In this document: positions 15,606 through 23,264 of the stretch, in pieces
How positions within the stretch are numbered: position 1 is the first letter of the stretch
How the letters are laid out: the number at the start of each line of letters is the position of its first letter
Assembly (NCBI GenBank): GCA_035288185.1
Contig: DATEAV010000110.1
Coordinates: 1-39,209, forward strand
Source: Anaerolineales bacterium
Lineage (GTDB): Bacteria > Chloroflexota > Anaerolineae > Anaerolineales > E44-bin32
Direction: 5' to 3'
DNA: 39,209 nt
Position numbers and translations under genes: made by a program
Notes under the pieces: generated by a model
What the model was told of the DNA's origin: nothing
The model's database searches: none
The model's input: the letters and a program-made list of their open reading frames with translations, nothing else

Positions 15606-18110
15606 ATGCAAGCCGACATCGAGCTCTACCGTCGTCTTGTGCGCCTCAACGCCCCCCAGCCTCTCACGCTCTCGATCATTGACATCTCGCCCGAGGCTCC
15701 CCGAAGAACGCTCGTCTTCCTCCATGGGTTCGGGGGCAATGCGCGCCAGTGGAGGCATCAGCTCATCCGCTTTTCCGACGATTTCCGCGTCCTGGCTATC
15801 GACCTGCGCGGGCACGGCCTATCCGATCGGCCCGACGGCCCCTATGACGTAGACACCATCGCCGCCGATATCGAAGACGCATTGGATGCGCTTGGCGTGG
15901 CCGAGCCAGTCGTCCTCGTGGGGCACTCGCTTGGCGGCGCGGCGGCGATCGAGGTGGCGATGCGCTCCCCCCGTCGGGTGGAGAAGCTGATCCTGATCGC
16001 CTTCCCGGGTGAGTTTCCCCTCGCTCTTCCCATTCGCTGGGCGCTTGCGCTCCCGGTCGTGATCTTGAACCTGGCGCGTCCATTCGTACGCCGGTCGCTC
16101 TCAGCGCCGCCTCGCGTGCTCAAGCGGCTCTACCGGGAGGCCATCCTGCCGTGGAAAGGCTGGGACAAGTTCCCAGCGTTACGCGCTCCCACGCTGGTCA
16201 TTCGTGGTCATCGAGACCGAGTCTTCTCCCGCCAGCTCTTCGAGAGCGTGGCCGAAGCCATCCCGGACGCCGAGGAGGTGAATGTCGGAGCTTCCGGGCA
16301 CCTGGTGATGCTCGAGCGCTGGCAGGCCGTCAACCGAGCGATCGAGCGCTTTCTCGAGGGAGCTAGGACGAAGCGGGAGAGCGAGGCCTCCGTCGGCCTG
16401 CTCCGCAAGCGTCCCTGGCTCGCCTCGTACGACGCGCTTGTGCCGCGATTTGTGAGCGTCCCGCCGGTGGCCGTGGATCAATTGCTCGCTTCGGCCGCCC
16501 GCGGCTACCCTTCCCGTTCGGCGATCCGCTTCCAGGGCTACCGCATGAGCTACCGGAGGCTCGATCGACGGTCCAACCGGCTGGCGAACGCCTTGATCCA
16601 CCTGGGCGTGGCCCCGGGCGACCGGGTGATGGTGCTGCTTCCCAACCTTCCGCAGACGGTGATCAGTTTCTACGGGATTCTGAAGGCAGGCGCCGTCGCC
16701 ACTTTCGCCAGCCCGCTCTCCGAGCCTGAGGAACTCCTGCGCCAGGTCGCCGATTCGGAGGCGACAGCGCTCATCACTCTCACCAAATTCTCCGCGGTCG
16801 CCGGGCGCGCCCTTCGAGAGACGGGGCTCCGCCATGTCGTCTTAACCGCGGTTTGGGACTACCTGCCGCCGTTGAAGGCGGCCCTATTTCGAATCACGCG
16901 GGCCCGCCGCGAAGGTCATTCCTTCCCGGTCCGGCCTTCGTCGGCATTCCACGCCTTCGCCCGGCTCCTGATGGAACAGTCTCCCCGTCGACCCGGCGTC
17001 GACCGGACGCCGGAAGATCTGGCCGTCCTGCAGTACACCGGCGGAACGACCGACCTGCCGAAGGCGGTGATGCTCTCTCACCGGAACCTGGTGGCCAATA
17101 CGCTTCAAACGCGACACTGGATCCCAGACGTGCGCGAGGGTCGGGAAGTCGTTCTCTCTGTTTTGCCCTTCTCGCACATCTACGGGCTGATGACGGCGCT
17201 GTGTGTGCCGGTTTCGATGGCGGGGGAGATGGTGATCCTCTCGACATTTTCGACTCGGGAGGTGCTGCGCACCATCCGGCGCAGGCGACCTACGCTCTTT
17301 CCAGGCGTCCCATCGATGTACACCGCGATCAACGATTACCCGGGCGTCCGCCGCTACCGGGTGAACTCGATCCGCGCCTGCATCTCGGGGGCGGCTCCGC
17401 TTCCCGTGGAGGTGCAGGAAGCGTTTGAGCGGCTGACGAAAGGCCGGCTGGTGGAAGGCTATGGGCTCACCGAGGCCGGCCCGGTGACGCATGCCAATCC
17501 GTTCAGCGGTCCCCGCAAAGCCGGCTCGATCGGCATCCCCTTCCCGAGCACGGAGGCCAAGATCGTCGATCTGGCGTCGGGGAGGGATCTGGGCGTGGGG
17601 AAGGTGGGCGAGTTGGCCGTCCGCGGGCCCCAGGTGATGTCGGGCTATTGGAAGGACCCCAAGGCGACGGCCCGAGTGATCACGCGCGGCGGCTGGCTGC
17701 TCACGGGCGATCTGGCAAGAACGGATGAGGACGGCTATTTCCAGATCGTCGCCCGCAAGAAAGAGATGATTCTGGCGGGGGAGTATCAGGTCTACCCGAG
17801 GGACGTGGAGGAGGTGCTCTACGAGCACCCGAAGGTGAGAGAGGCGGCGGTGGTGGGCATCCAGCCGCCGCGCTTGCCCTTCCAGAAGGTGAAGGCCTTT
17901 GTCGTGCTGCGCAAGGGCGAGCGGGCGACGGAGGAGGAGCTCTTGGATCTTTGCCGGCGCCGGCTCGAGTCATACGCCGTGCCATGGAAGGTCGAGTTCG
18001 TCGATGAATTGCCCAAGTCGTTCGTCGGGAAAGTGTTGCGGCGCATCCTGATCGAGCGCGAGTCTGAACCGATAGCAGGGGAGGCCGTTCAGCCTGCGGC
18101 AAGCACGTAG
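15606..18110 (+). CDS. Fusion protein: N-terminal alpha/beta-fold hydrolase plus C-terminal long-chain fatty-acid--CoA ligase (FadD-like)
   Basis: Residues about 1-250 carry HGFGG, the nucleophile elbow GHSLGG and SGHLVMLE. From about residue 267 there is a complete AMP-dependent synthetase (RPWLASYD..., YTGGTTDLPKAV, GYGLTE). The ORF is single and uninterrupted. Confidence 0.85.
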   Translation: MQADIELYRRLVRLNAPQPLTLSIIDISPEAPRRTLVFLHGFGGNARQWRHQLIRFSDDFRVLAIDLRGHGLSDRPDGPYDVDTIAADIEDALDALGVAEPVVLVGHSLGGAAAIEVAMRSPRRVEKLILIAFPGEFPLALPIRWALALPVVILNLARPFVRRSLSAPPRVLKRLYREAILPWKGWDKFPALRAPTLVIRGHRDRVFSRQLFESVAEAIPDAEEVNVGASGHLVMLERWQAVNRAIERFLEGARTKRESEASVGLLRKRPWLASYDALVPRFVSVPPVAVDQLLASAARGYPSRSAIRFQGYRMSYRRLDRRSNRLANALIHLGVAPGDRVMVLLPNLPQTVISFYGILKAGAVATFASPLSEPEELLRQVADSEATALITLTKFSAVAGRALRETGLRHVVLTAVWDYLPPLKAALFRITRARREGHSFPVRPSSAFHAFARLLMEQSPRRPGVDRTPEDLAVLQYTGGTTDLPKAVMLSHRNLVANTLQTRHWIPDVREGREVVLSVLPFSHIYGLMTALCVPVSMAGEMVILSTFSTREVLRTIRRRRPTLFPGVPSMYTAINDYPGVRRYRVNSIRACISGAAPLPVEVQEAFERLTKGRLVEGYGLTEAGPVTHANPFSGPRKAGSIGIPFPSTEAKIVDLASGRDLGVGKVGELAVRGPQVMSGYWKDPKATARVITRGGWLLTGDLARTDEDGYFQIVARKKEMILAGEYQVYPRDVEEVLYEHPKVREAAVVGIQPPRLPFQKVKAFVVLRKGERATEEELLDLCRRRLESYAVPWKVEFVDELPKSFVGKVLRRILIERESEPIAGEAVQPAAST

Positions 18111-18264
18111 CCGCGGCCAAGGGCGAGGACGGCGGATTCCTCGGGGTGCGGTGAGAAAGGCGGAGCGGCCGAGGAAGCCCGAGGGGTGGGCTCTGTCGGC
18201 GGGCGCGGCCGCGCCGTGTTCGCCAGGGTCATTCTGGCCTCCCCTACGTCTCAAGGAGGTGCGC

Positions 18265-19122
18265 GTGGTTTCGCGGCCCTTCCGATTCGGCACGGTTGGC
18301 TCGCCGATCTCCACTCCGCCGAAGCCAGGCGGCTCGGTGGGTGCCGTCCTGAGAATGGCCGAAATGGGGCTCGGCGCCCTCGAGCTTGGCTGGGTGCAGG
18401 CGGTTCGAGTGAAAGAGGAAACCTGCCAGGCGATCCGCGCCCAGGCCCGGCGATCCGACGTGCGCATCAGCGTTCATGCACCGTACTACATCAACCTGAA
18501 CGCATCTAGGGAAGAATGGCCCAAGAGCCGGAAGCGCCTGATGGACGCGGCGCGCTACGGCAACCTCGCCGGTGCGAGCGACATCATCTTCCATCCGGGC
18601 TCCTACTTCGGGCTCCCGCCGGCCAAGGCCCTTCTCGTTGCGATTCCGAGGTTGCGCAAGTGCGTCGAGGAACTGCGAAGCGAGGGCAATCCGGTGACGC
18701 TTCGCCCCGAGACGATGGGCAAGAGCGCCATGATCGGTTCACTGGACGACGCACTCGAAATGGCGCGCGAAGTGGAGGGGGTGGCGCCCTGCCTCGACTT
18801 CGCCCACCTGCACGCGCGCGCCGGCGACGGCAGCGCCAACTCTATCGAAGAATGGATCGAGGTGCTGCGTCGCTACAAGAAGGCGCTCGGTGCGGCTTCG
18901 TTGCGCCGGCTGCATGTTCACCTCTCGGGAATCGAATACACGGCCAAGGGCGAGCGCAAACACCTTCCGATCGCCGAATCGGATTTCAACCTGGACGGGC
19001 TCTTTGCCGCGTTGGCGGAGCTCAGATGCAAGGGGCGGATCCTGTGCGAGAGCCCGGTGATGGAGAAGGACGCGCTCGTCTTTCAGGCGGCGTGGGACCG
19101 CATCGCCGGAGGGGAGGCGTGA
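18265..19122 (+). CDS. nfo: Endonuclease IV-like AP endonuclease (xylose-isomerase-like TIM barrel, AP endonuclease family 2)
   Basis: Motifs HAPYYINLN, FHPGS, ETMGK, DFAHLHA and HVHLSG. Start taken at the GTG at 18265, with AAGGAGG 5 nt upstream. Confidence 0.75.
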   Translation: MVSRPFRFGTVGSPISTPPKPGGSVGAVLRMAEMGLGALELGWVQAVRVKEETCQAIRAQARRSDVRISVHAPYYINLNASREEWPKSRKRLMDAARYGNLAGASDIIFHPGSYFGLPPAKALLVAIPRLRKCVEELRSEGNPVTLRPETMGKSAMIGSLDDALEMAREVEGVAPCLDFAHLHARAGDGSANSIEEWIEVLRRYKKALGAASLRRLHVHLSGIEYTAKGERKHLPIAESDFNLDGLFAALAELRCKGRILCESPVMEKDALVFQAAWDRIAGGEA

Positions 19123-19853
19123 GGGGCCGCGGCGGAGGCTCCGCCCTGGCGGCACTCAACGGCGAGATCATCCGCTGTGAGCGCTGCCCGCGGCTGGTGG
19201 AGTATCGCCAGCGCCTCGCGCGCCAGAAGCGGCGTGCCTACCGAGAGCAAGACTACTGGGGCCGACCCGTGCCCTCCGTCGGCGATCCCAAGGCCCGCGT
19301 TCTTCTTGTCGGGCTGGCTCCGGGCGCCCACGGCTCCAACCGCACGGGCCGGATGTTCACCGGCGATGGCTCGGGAGATTTCCTCACCCCGGCACTCCAT
19401 CGGGCCGGGTTTGCGAACCAGCCCACCTCCACGTCCCGAGACGATGGACTGCGCCTTGGCGATCTCTACATCCTGGCCATTGTGCACTGCGCCCCGCCGG
19501 GTAACCGACCACTTCCTCTAGAGATCGCCAACTGTCGCCCCTATCTGCGCGCTCATCTGCGCCTTCTTCCCCGCGTGCGCGTGATTGTGGCTCTCGGCAA
19601 GATGGCCCACGACGGCCTTCTGACGGCCTTGGTGGAGGAAGGCGTGGAAGTGCCCCGGCCGCGCCCGGCGTTCGTCCATGGCTCGGAAGTGCCGGTGGGA
19701 CCCTATACGGTCCTGGCCTCCTACCACCCCAGCCTGCAGAACACCCAGACCGGGCGCCTCACGCGGACGAGGTTCGATGCCATTTTTCGCCGGGCAAGCC
19801 GGCTGCTTGGGGACAGGCCGGACCAGCAGAGCCCCCCTTCGCAAATGGCGTAG
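19119..19853 (+). CDS. udg: Uracil-DNA glycosylase, family 4/5 (UdgB-like, Fe-S type)
   Basis: GLAPGAHGSNRTGRMFTGD and HPSLQN motifs, plus Cys residues (CERCPRL...) for an Fe-S cluster. The GTG start at 19119 overlaps the nfo TGA (GTGA), with GGGGAGG just upstream. Confidence 0.8.
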   Translation: MRGRGGGSALAALNGEIIRCERCPRLVEYRQRLARQKRRAYREQDYWGRPVPSVGDPKARVLLVGLAPGAHGSNRTGRMFTGDGSGDFLTPALHRAGFANQPTSTSRDDGLRLGDLYILAIVHCAPPGNRPLPLEIANCRPYLRAHLRLLPRVRVIVALGKMAHDGLLTALVEEGVEVPRPRPAFVHGSEVPVGPYTVLASYHPSLQNTQTGRLTRTRFDAIFRRASRLLGDRPDQQSPPSQMA

Positions 19854-20046
19854 TCCGGAGGATCCGTCAATCCCGATAGCTCTGCCACGGCTAGGATCCC
19901 GCTCGGCGTCCAGACCCAAGATGGCCCATGCTTACCCAGTCCATACGTCTTGGATGCTGTCCCCCTCTGGATCTCGACCCCGACTGCCCATCTCTCTGCG
20001 GGTAGCACCGCCGTCCGCGCGAGCCACAGAATTGCCTGATAGGCGG

Positions 20047-20078
20047 GCTCCGGAGCGCCTGCAAGGCGGCTCCGGAGC
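20047..20078. terminator. Strong hairpin between convergent genes (udg and the repeat-protein gene)
   Basis: GCTCCGGAGCGCC-TGCAA-GGCGGCTCCGGAGC gives a 13-bp stem with one bulged G. It is built from two copies of the palindrome GCTCCGGAGC set 22 bp apart. No U-tract on either strand. Confidence 0.35.
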
Positions 20079-20126
20079 GATCACGGTTGCGGGAGTGCGG
20101 CGAGGTCTTCGTTCGCGCGAAGGCGC

Positions 20127-21242
20127 CTACTCCGCGGGGACGGCTTGTTCTGCCCTCGGCTGAGCCGCGCCAACCCAGACCGCCCGCAGCTCGCCGTTGC
20201 CGAGTTCCCGCGCCCCGACGATGGCGCGCATCCCGGGTTGTAGATCCTCGATCCCGTCGACGCTGCCGTCCCTCGACCGGAAGACGGTGGAACCATCGAC
20301 TGAGAACGTCATGGCCTCCCCGCCGAGAGTCTCGAGCGAGAAGGAGTTGCCCCCGACGGACGTGATCCGCCCTCCGGCCCGAACGTCGACGTCATGTCCG
20401 CCGGGGATATCTTCACGCTCACCGGCGGCCACGAACAGAGCGAGGAGCATCCCCGCGTCGCCTTCCGCCGCGCCCACCAGGGCCACCATCCCTTGCCGGA
20501 GGTCGTGGATTCCCTGGATGCTTCCGTCACGGCTGCGGAACCGGGTGCGTTCGTCCGTCCCGAAGGTTATCTCTGAGCCCTCCTGCGTGCGGAGGGTGAA
20601 AGTCCCCCGACCGGGGACCACGCCGGTGATCTCGCCCGCGAAGCGGGAGAGGGCGGGCCGATCCTCGGGGTCGCCGGCGGCGACGCCGAGGGCGATCAGC
20701 GTCCTGTCCTCCCCCTGCTCAGCGAGCACAACGGCCCGCATCCCGGGCTCCAGATCCCCCAGGCTGCCTTCCTCGCTGCCGCGAATGCGAAAGCGGGTCT
20801 CTTCCGTCGCGGTGAAGGTGAGATCCTCTCCCTGCCGAGTGCGCAGGCTGAATGTCGACGAGCCGACATCGACGGCCGTGATCTCGCCGGCGGCGCGCAA
20901 GTCGATCTGGGGAGGCTCGTCTCCAAGGATGACCACTCTTCGGGCGTGGAGCGCGCCGTCCTCGTCTCGCTCGTAGGTGCCCGCGAGCCAATCGCCCACC
21001 TCGACGTCGGAGAACGAGCGGAGCTCCCCGCTGCGATCTTCAAAGGTCGTGTCTTCGTCGACCAGGAGCGTGTGGGAGACGCCGGAGCGTGTAACGACGG
21101 TGAACGAGGCGTCTCCGAGGGCCGTCACCTGCCCCAGCCCCCGCACCGAAACCGGCCCCTCCCCTTCCGCCAAGACAGGGGCCACGACCATCGCCAAGAG
21201 CATAAGGGCCAGAAGTGAGGCTTTGCCAAGTTTGCCGGACAT
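20127..21242 (-). CDS. Secreted protein with four tandem repeats of about 70-80 aa (DUF5666-like)
   Basis: Signal peptide ending ...VLAEG. The recurring pattern G(E/R)IT.V....F.L.T..G....F.....T.F..R.G....L.DL..GM....V appears four times. GAGGAGG SD upstream. Confidence 0.75.
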   Translation of the reverse strand: MSGKLGKASLLALMLLAMVVAPVLAEGEGPVSVRGLGQVTALGDASFTVVTRSGVSHTLLVDEDTTFEDRSGELRSFSDVEVGDWLAGTYERDEDGALHARRVVILGDEPPQIDLRAAGEITAVDVGSSTFSLRTRQGEDLTFTATEETRFRIRGSEEGSLGDLEPGMRAVVLAEQGEDRTLIALGVAAGDPEDRPALSRFAGEITGVVPGRGTFTLRTQEGSEITFGTDERTRFRSRDGSIQGIHDLRQGMVALVGAAEGDAGMLLALFVAAGEREDIPGGHDVDVRAGGRITSVGGNSFSLETLGGEAMTFSVDGSTVFRSRDGSVDGIEDLQPGMRAIVGARELGNGELRAVWVGAAQPRAEQAVPAE

Positions 21243-21338
21243 GCAAACCTCCTCGATGGGTAGCTTTGCCTGCAGTCTGGGCCATGGCCGCGAAGCGGGT
21301 ATGGGTGGGCTGTAAAAAGTGCGTAAAAGCCGGGCCGT

Positions 21339-21983
21339 CTAGTCGGGAGGGAAGGAGACTTCCTCTTTCCCGGCCAGTTTCTCCTGCATCCACTGGACGA
21401 CGATCTCCAGGTGCTGGGGCTTGTGCACAAAGTCGAGATTGTCGCTCCGGATCGTCAGCACGGGGCAGATATCGAAACGCGCCAGCCAATCGTCGTAGCA
21501 GGACTCGAGGAGCTGCAGGTATTCCGCCGTGATCCCCTTCTCGATCTCCCGTCCGCGGGCGTGGATCCGTTCGAGGAGAACCGAGACCGGGCAGTGCAGG
21601 AAGAGGAGCAGGTCCGGCGCCGGCAGGTTGGAGACCACCAGATCATAGACCCGGCGATAGGTCTTGTAGTCGCGCTCGGTGACGTTGCCCAAGATCATGC
21701 TGGCCCGGGAGAAGATCTCGGCATCCTCGTAGATCGAGCGGTCGACGATTGCCGATTCAGGCGAGCGAGCAAGGGCGAGGTGGCTCTCGGCGCGATGGCC
21801 GAGGAAGAAGACCTGCAAGTGGAACGCCCACTGGCGCATATCGGCGTAGAAATCGGCCAGATAGGGATTGTCTGCTACCGATTCGTAAGCGGTACGCCAG
21901 CCGAGCTTTTCTCCCAGGCGCTCGGTGAGAGATGTCTTGCCGGCGCCGATGTTCCCCGCCACAAGGACGAAGCGCTTGGCCAT
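21339..21983 (-). CDS. Deoxynucleoside kinase (dCK/dGK family)
   Basis: P-loop VAGNIGAGKTSL and family motifs (ESV..NPYL..FY, ...DRSIYED...). Start taken at the ATG at 21983, which has GGAGAAAGG upstream. Confidence 0.85.
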   Translation of the reverse strand: MAKRFVLVAGNIGAGKTSLTERLGEKLGWRTAYESVADNPYLADFYADMRQWAFHLQVFFLGHRAESHLALARSPESAIVDRSIYEDAEIFSRASMILGNVTERDYKTYRRVYDLVVSNLPAPDLLLFLHCPVSVLLERIHARGREIEKGITAEYLQLLESCYDDWLARFDICPVLTIRSDNLDFVHKPQHLEIVVQWMQEKLAGKEEVSFPPD

Positions 21984-22428
21984 GGGTCCTTTCTCCGCAT
22001 TCGCCGCCCGTCCGCGGTCGAACCGGGCGCGCACGAGTATACATGAGAGTGGCCCGTGCCCTGATACGGGTGCCTCAAGGTACTCTTATGCAGGAATGAG
22101 CAGCCGCCGTCAAGCCCTCCCGCGCTTTCCGGGCGCTTCCCGTTTGTGACCACCGCTGAAAGGCTGTGAACGAATCGCGCGAAGTGCTACCCAGATATCC
22201 CTATCATCGAATTACCGGGTTGCAGCGGTCTCCTCGTCTTGCAGCCTGCAGCCTCACCCCATCCCCCTCCGCTTGCCAAACCTCTGCCTTCGCACTGATC
22301 CCAGAGCGGAGAGGGGGGACGAGGCCTAAGGAGGCAGGGGCGGGGGCGATGTGCGAGCCCCCACCCGATCGCCAAGAAGGGCTCTGGTGGGCTCCGGAGT
22401 TCGCTCACAGGGCTCTGAAGGGCAGGCG

Positions 22429-22457
22429 TTGACGCCGGGCGATCACGGGTGTAGTTT
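22429..22457 (+). promoter_or_regulatory. Sigma-70-type promoter for the cyclophilin-like protein gene
   Basis: TTGACG (22429-22434), a 17-nt spacer, then TAGTTT (22452-22457). GGAAGGAGAGGAG SD and the ATG at 22510 follow. Confidence 0.4.
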
Positions 22458-22509
22458 CTCCGTGACTTGAGCGGCTTGGACGGCGTAGGCGGGTGAGGAA
22501 GGAGAGGAG

Positions 22510-22884
22510 ATGAAAACCATCTCGATCACAGCCGGGAAGGTGAGCCTGCGGGCGGAGCTCAACGAAGGCCCAACGGCGGAGAAGATCTGGGAGGCTCTCC
22601 CGATCGAGGCGAAGGCCAACACCTGGGGAGATGAAATCTACTTCGGCATTCCGGTTCGGGCCGAAGAGGAGCCGGGGGCGAAAGAAGATGTGGAGGTGGG
22701 CCAGCTGGGCTATTGGCCGCCGGGCAATGCCTTCTGCATCTTCTTCGGCCCGACCCCGGCCAGCTCGGGGGGAACGCCGAGGGCGGCGGGCCCGGTGAAT
22801 CTCCTGGGCCGAGTGCTCGGTGATGCAAAGGAGTTACGCAAAGTGCGGGACGGCGAGACGGTGCGGCTCGAGTGCGTGGAATAG
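22510..22884 (+). CDS. Cyclophilin-like-fold family protein
   Basis: 124 aa with GQLGYWPPGNAFCIFFGPTP, which I recognise as typical of the small cyclophilin-like family. Confidence 0.65.
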   Translation: MKTISITAGKVSLRAELNEGPTAEKIWEALPIEAKANTWGDEIYFGIPVRAEEEPGAKEDVEVGQLGYWPPGNAFCIFFGPTPASSGGTPRAAGPVNLLGRVLGDAKELRKVRDGETVRLECVE

Positions 22885-22989
22885 CGAGTGTAGGGGACCG
22901 GTCTGCCTGTACCCGTCTGCGCGCAGCACGAGAAGAAGCATCCACCTGGATGATGGAATACGGGGCCTCGAGGACCACGCGGCACCCGT

Positions 22990-23091
22990 GTAGGGGCGAA
23001 GCACGCCCGGCCCCGCAAGAACTCACTGCGCCCGGGGCGGACGCCGGCCTGGTGGATTATGCGCTGGCGGCGAGGGCCTGCTTCGCCCCAC
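22990..23091 (+). repeat. GTAGGGG-headed long hairpin element, copy 3
   Basis: GTAGGGGCGAAGCACGCC (22990-23007) pairs with GGCCTGCTTCGCCCCAC (23075-23091): 16 bp with one bulge and one mismatch. A further bare GTGTAGGGG head lies at 22888-22896. Confidence 0.5.
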
Positions 23092-23208
23092 GCCACCGCG
23101 AAGAGAACCTGCGCCCGGGATCGAGTGACCAGCCACGGCCGGTGAGGTCCGCACGCGGTTTGACGCCAGCCAGAGGTCTGATAGGCGGAGCTTGGCGGCC
23201 GGCCCGCG

Positions 23209-23250
23209 AGAAAGCAAAGGCTCCCGGAGCCTTGAACCGCTCCGGGAGCC
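23209..23250 (-). terminator. Intrinsic terminator of nrdJ
   Basis: Perfect 12-bp stem GGCTCCCGGAGC / GCTCCGGGAGCC (23219-23230 / 23239-23250) with an 8-nt loop. On the minus strand UUUGCUUUCU follows. Lies 14 nt past the nrdJ stop. Confidence 0.7.
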
Positions 23251-23264
23251 TGCCATCCGTCCGG

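Noticed and set aside
18805-18813. Extra copy of CACCTGCAC inside the nfo coding sequence
   Set aside because: It encodes part of the conserved DFAHLHA motif, so it is explained by protein constraint. It shows the 9-mer can occur by chance outside the array.
22031-22050. CAC...GTATAC...GTG symmetric sequence upstream of the deoxynucleoside kinase gene, considered as an NrdR box
   Set aside because: The CAC/GTG arms are 4 bp too far apart for the 16-bp NrdR consensus, and the interior does not match it.
22166-22432. 88-aa plus-strand ORF (and 73-aa minus-strand ORF) in the dNK / cyclophilin-like spacer
   Set aside because: Pro/Arg/Ala-rich, no SD at the start, and no motif. It ends inside the predicted -35 of the downstream gene.
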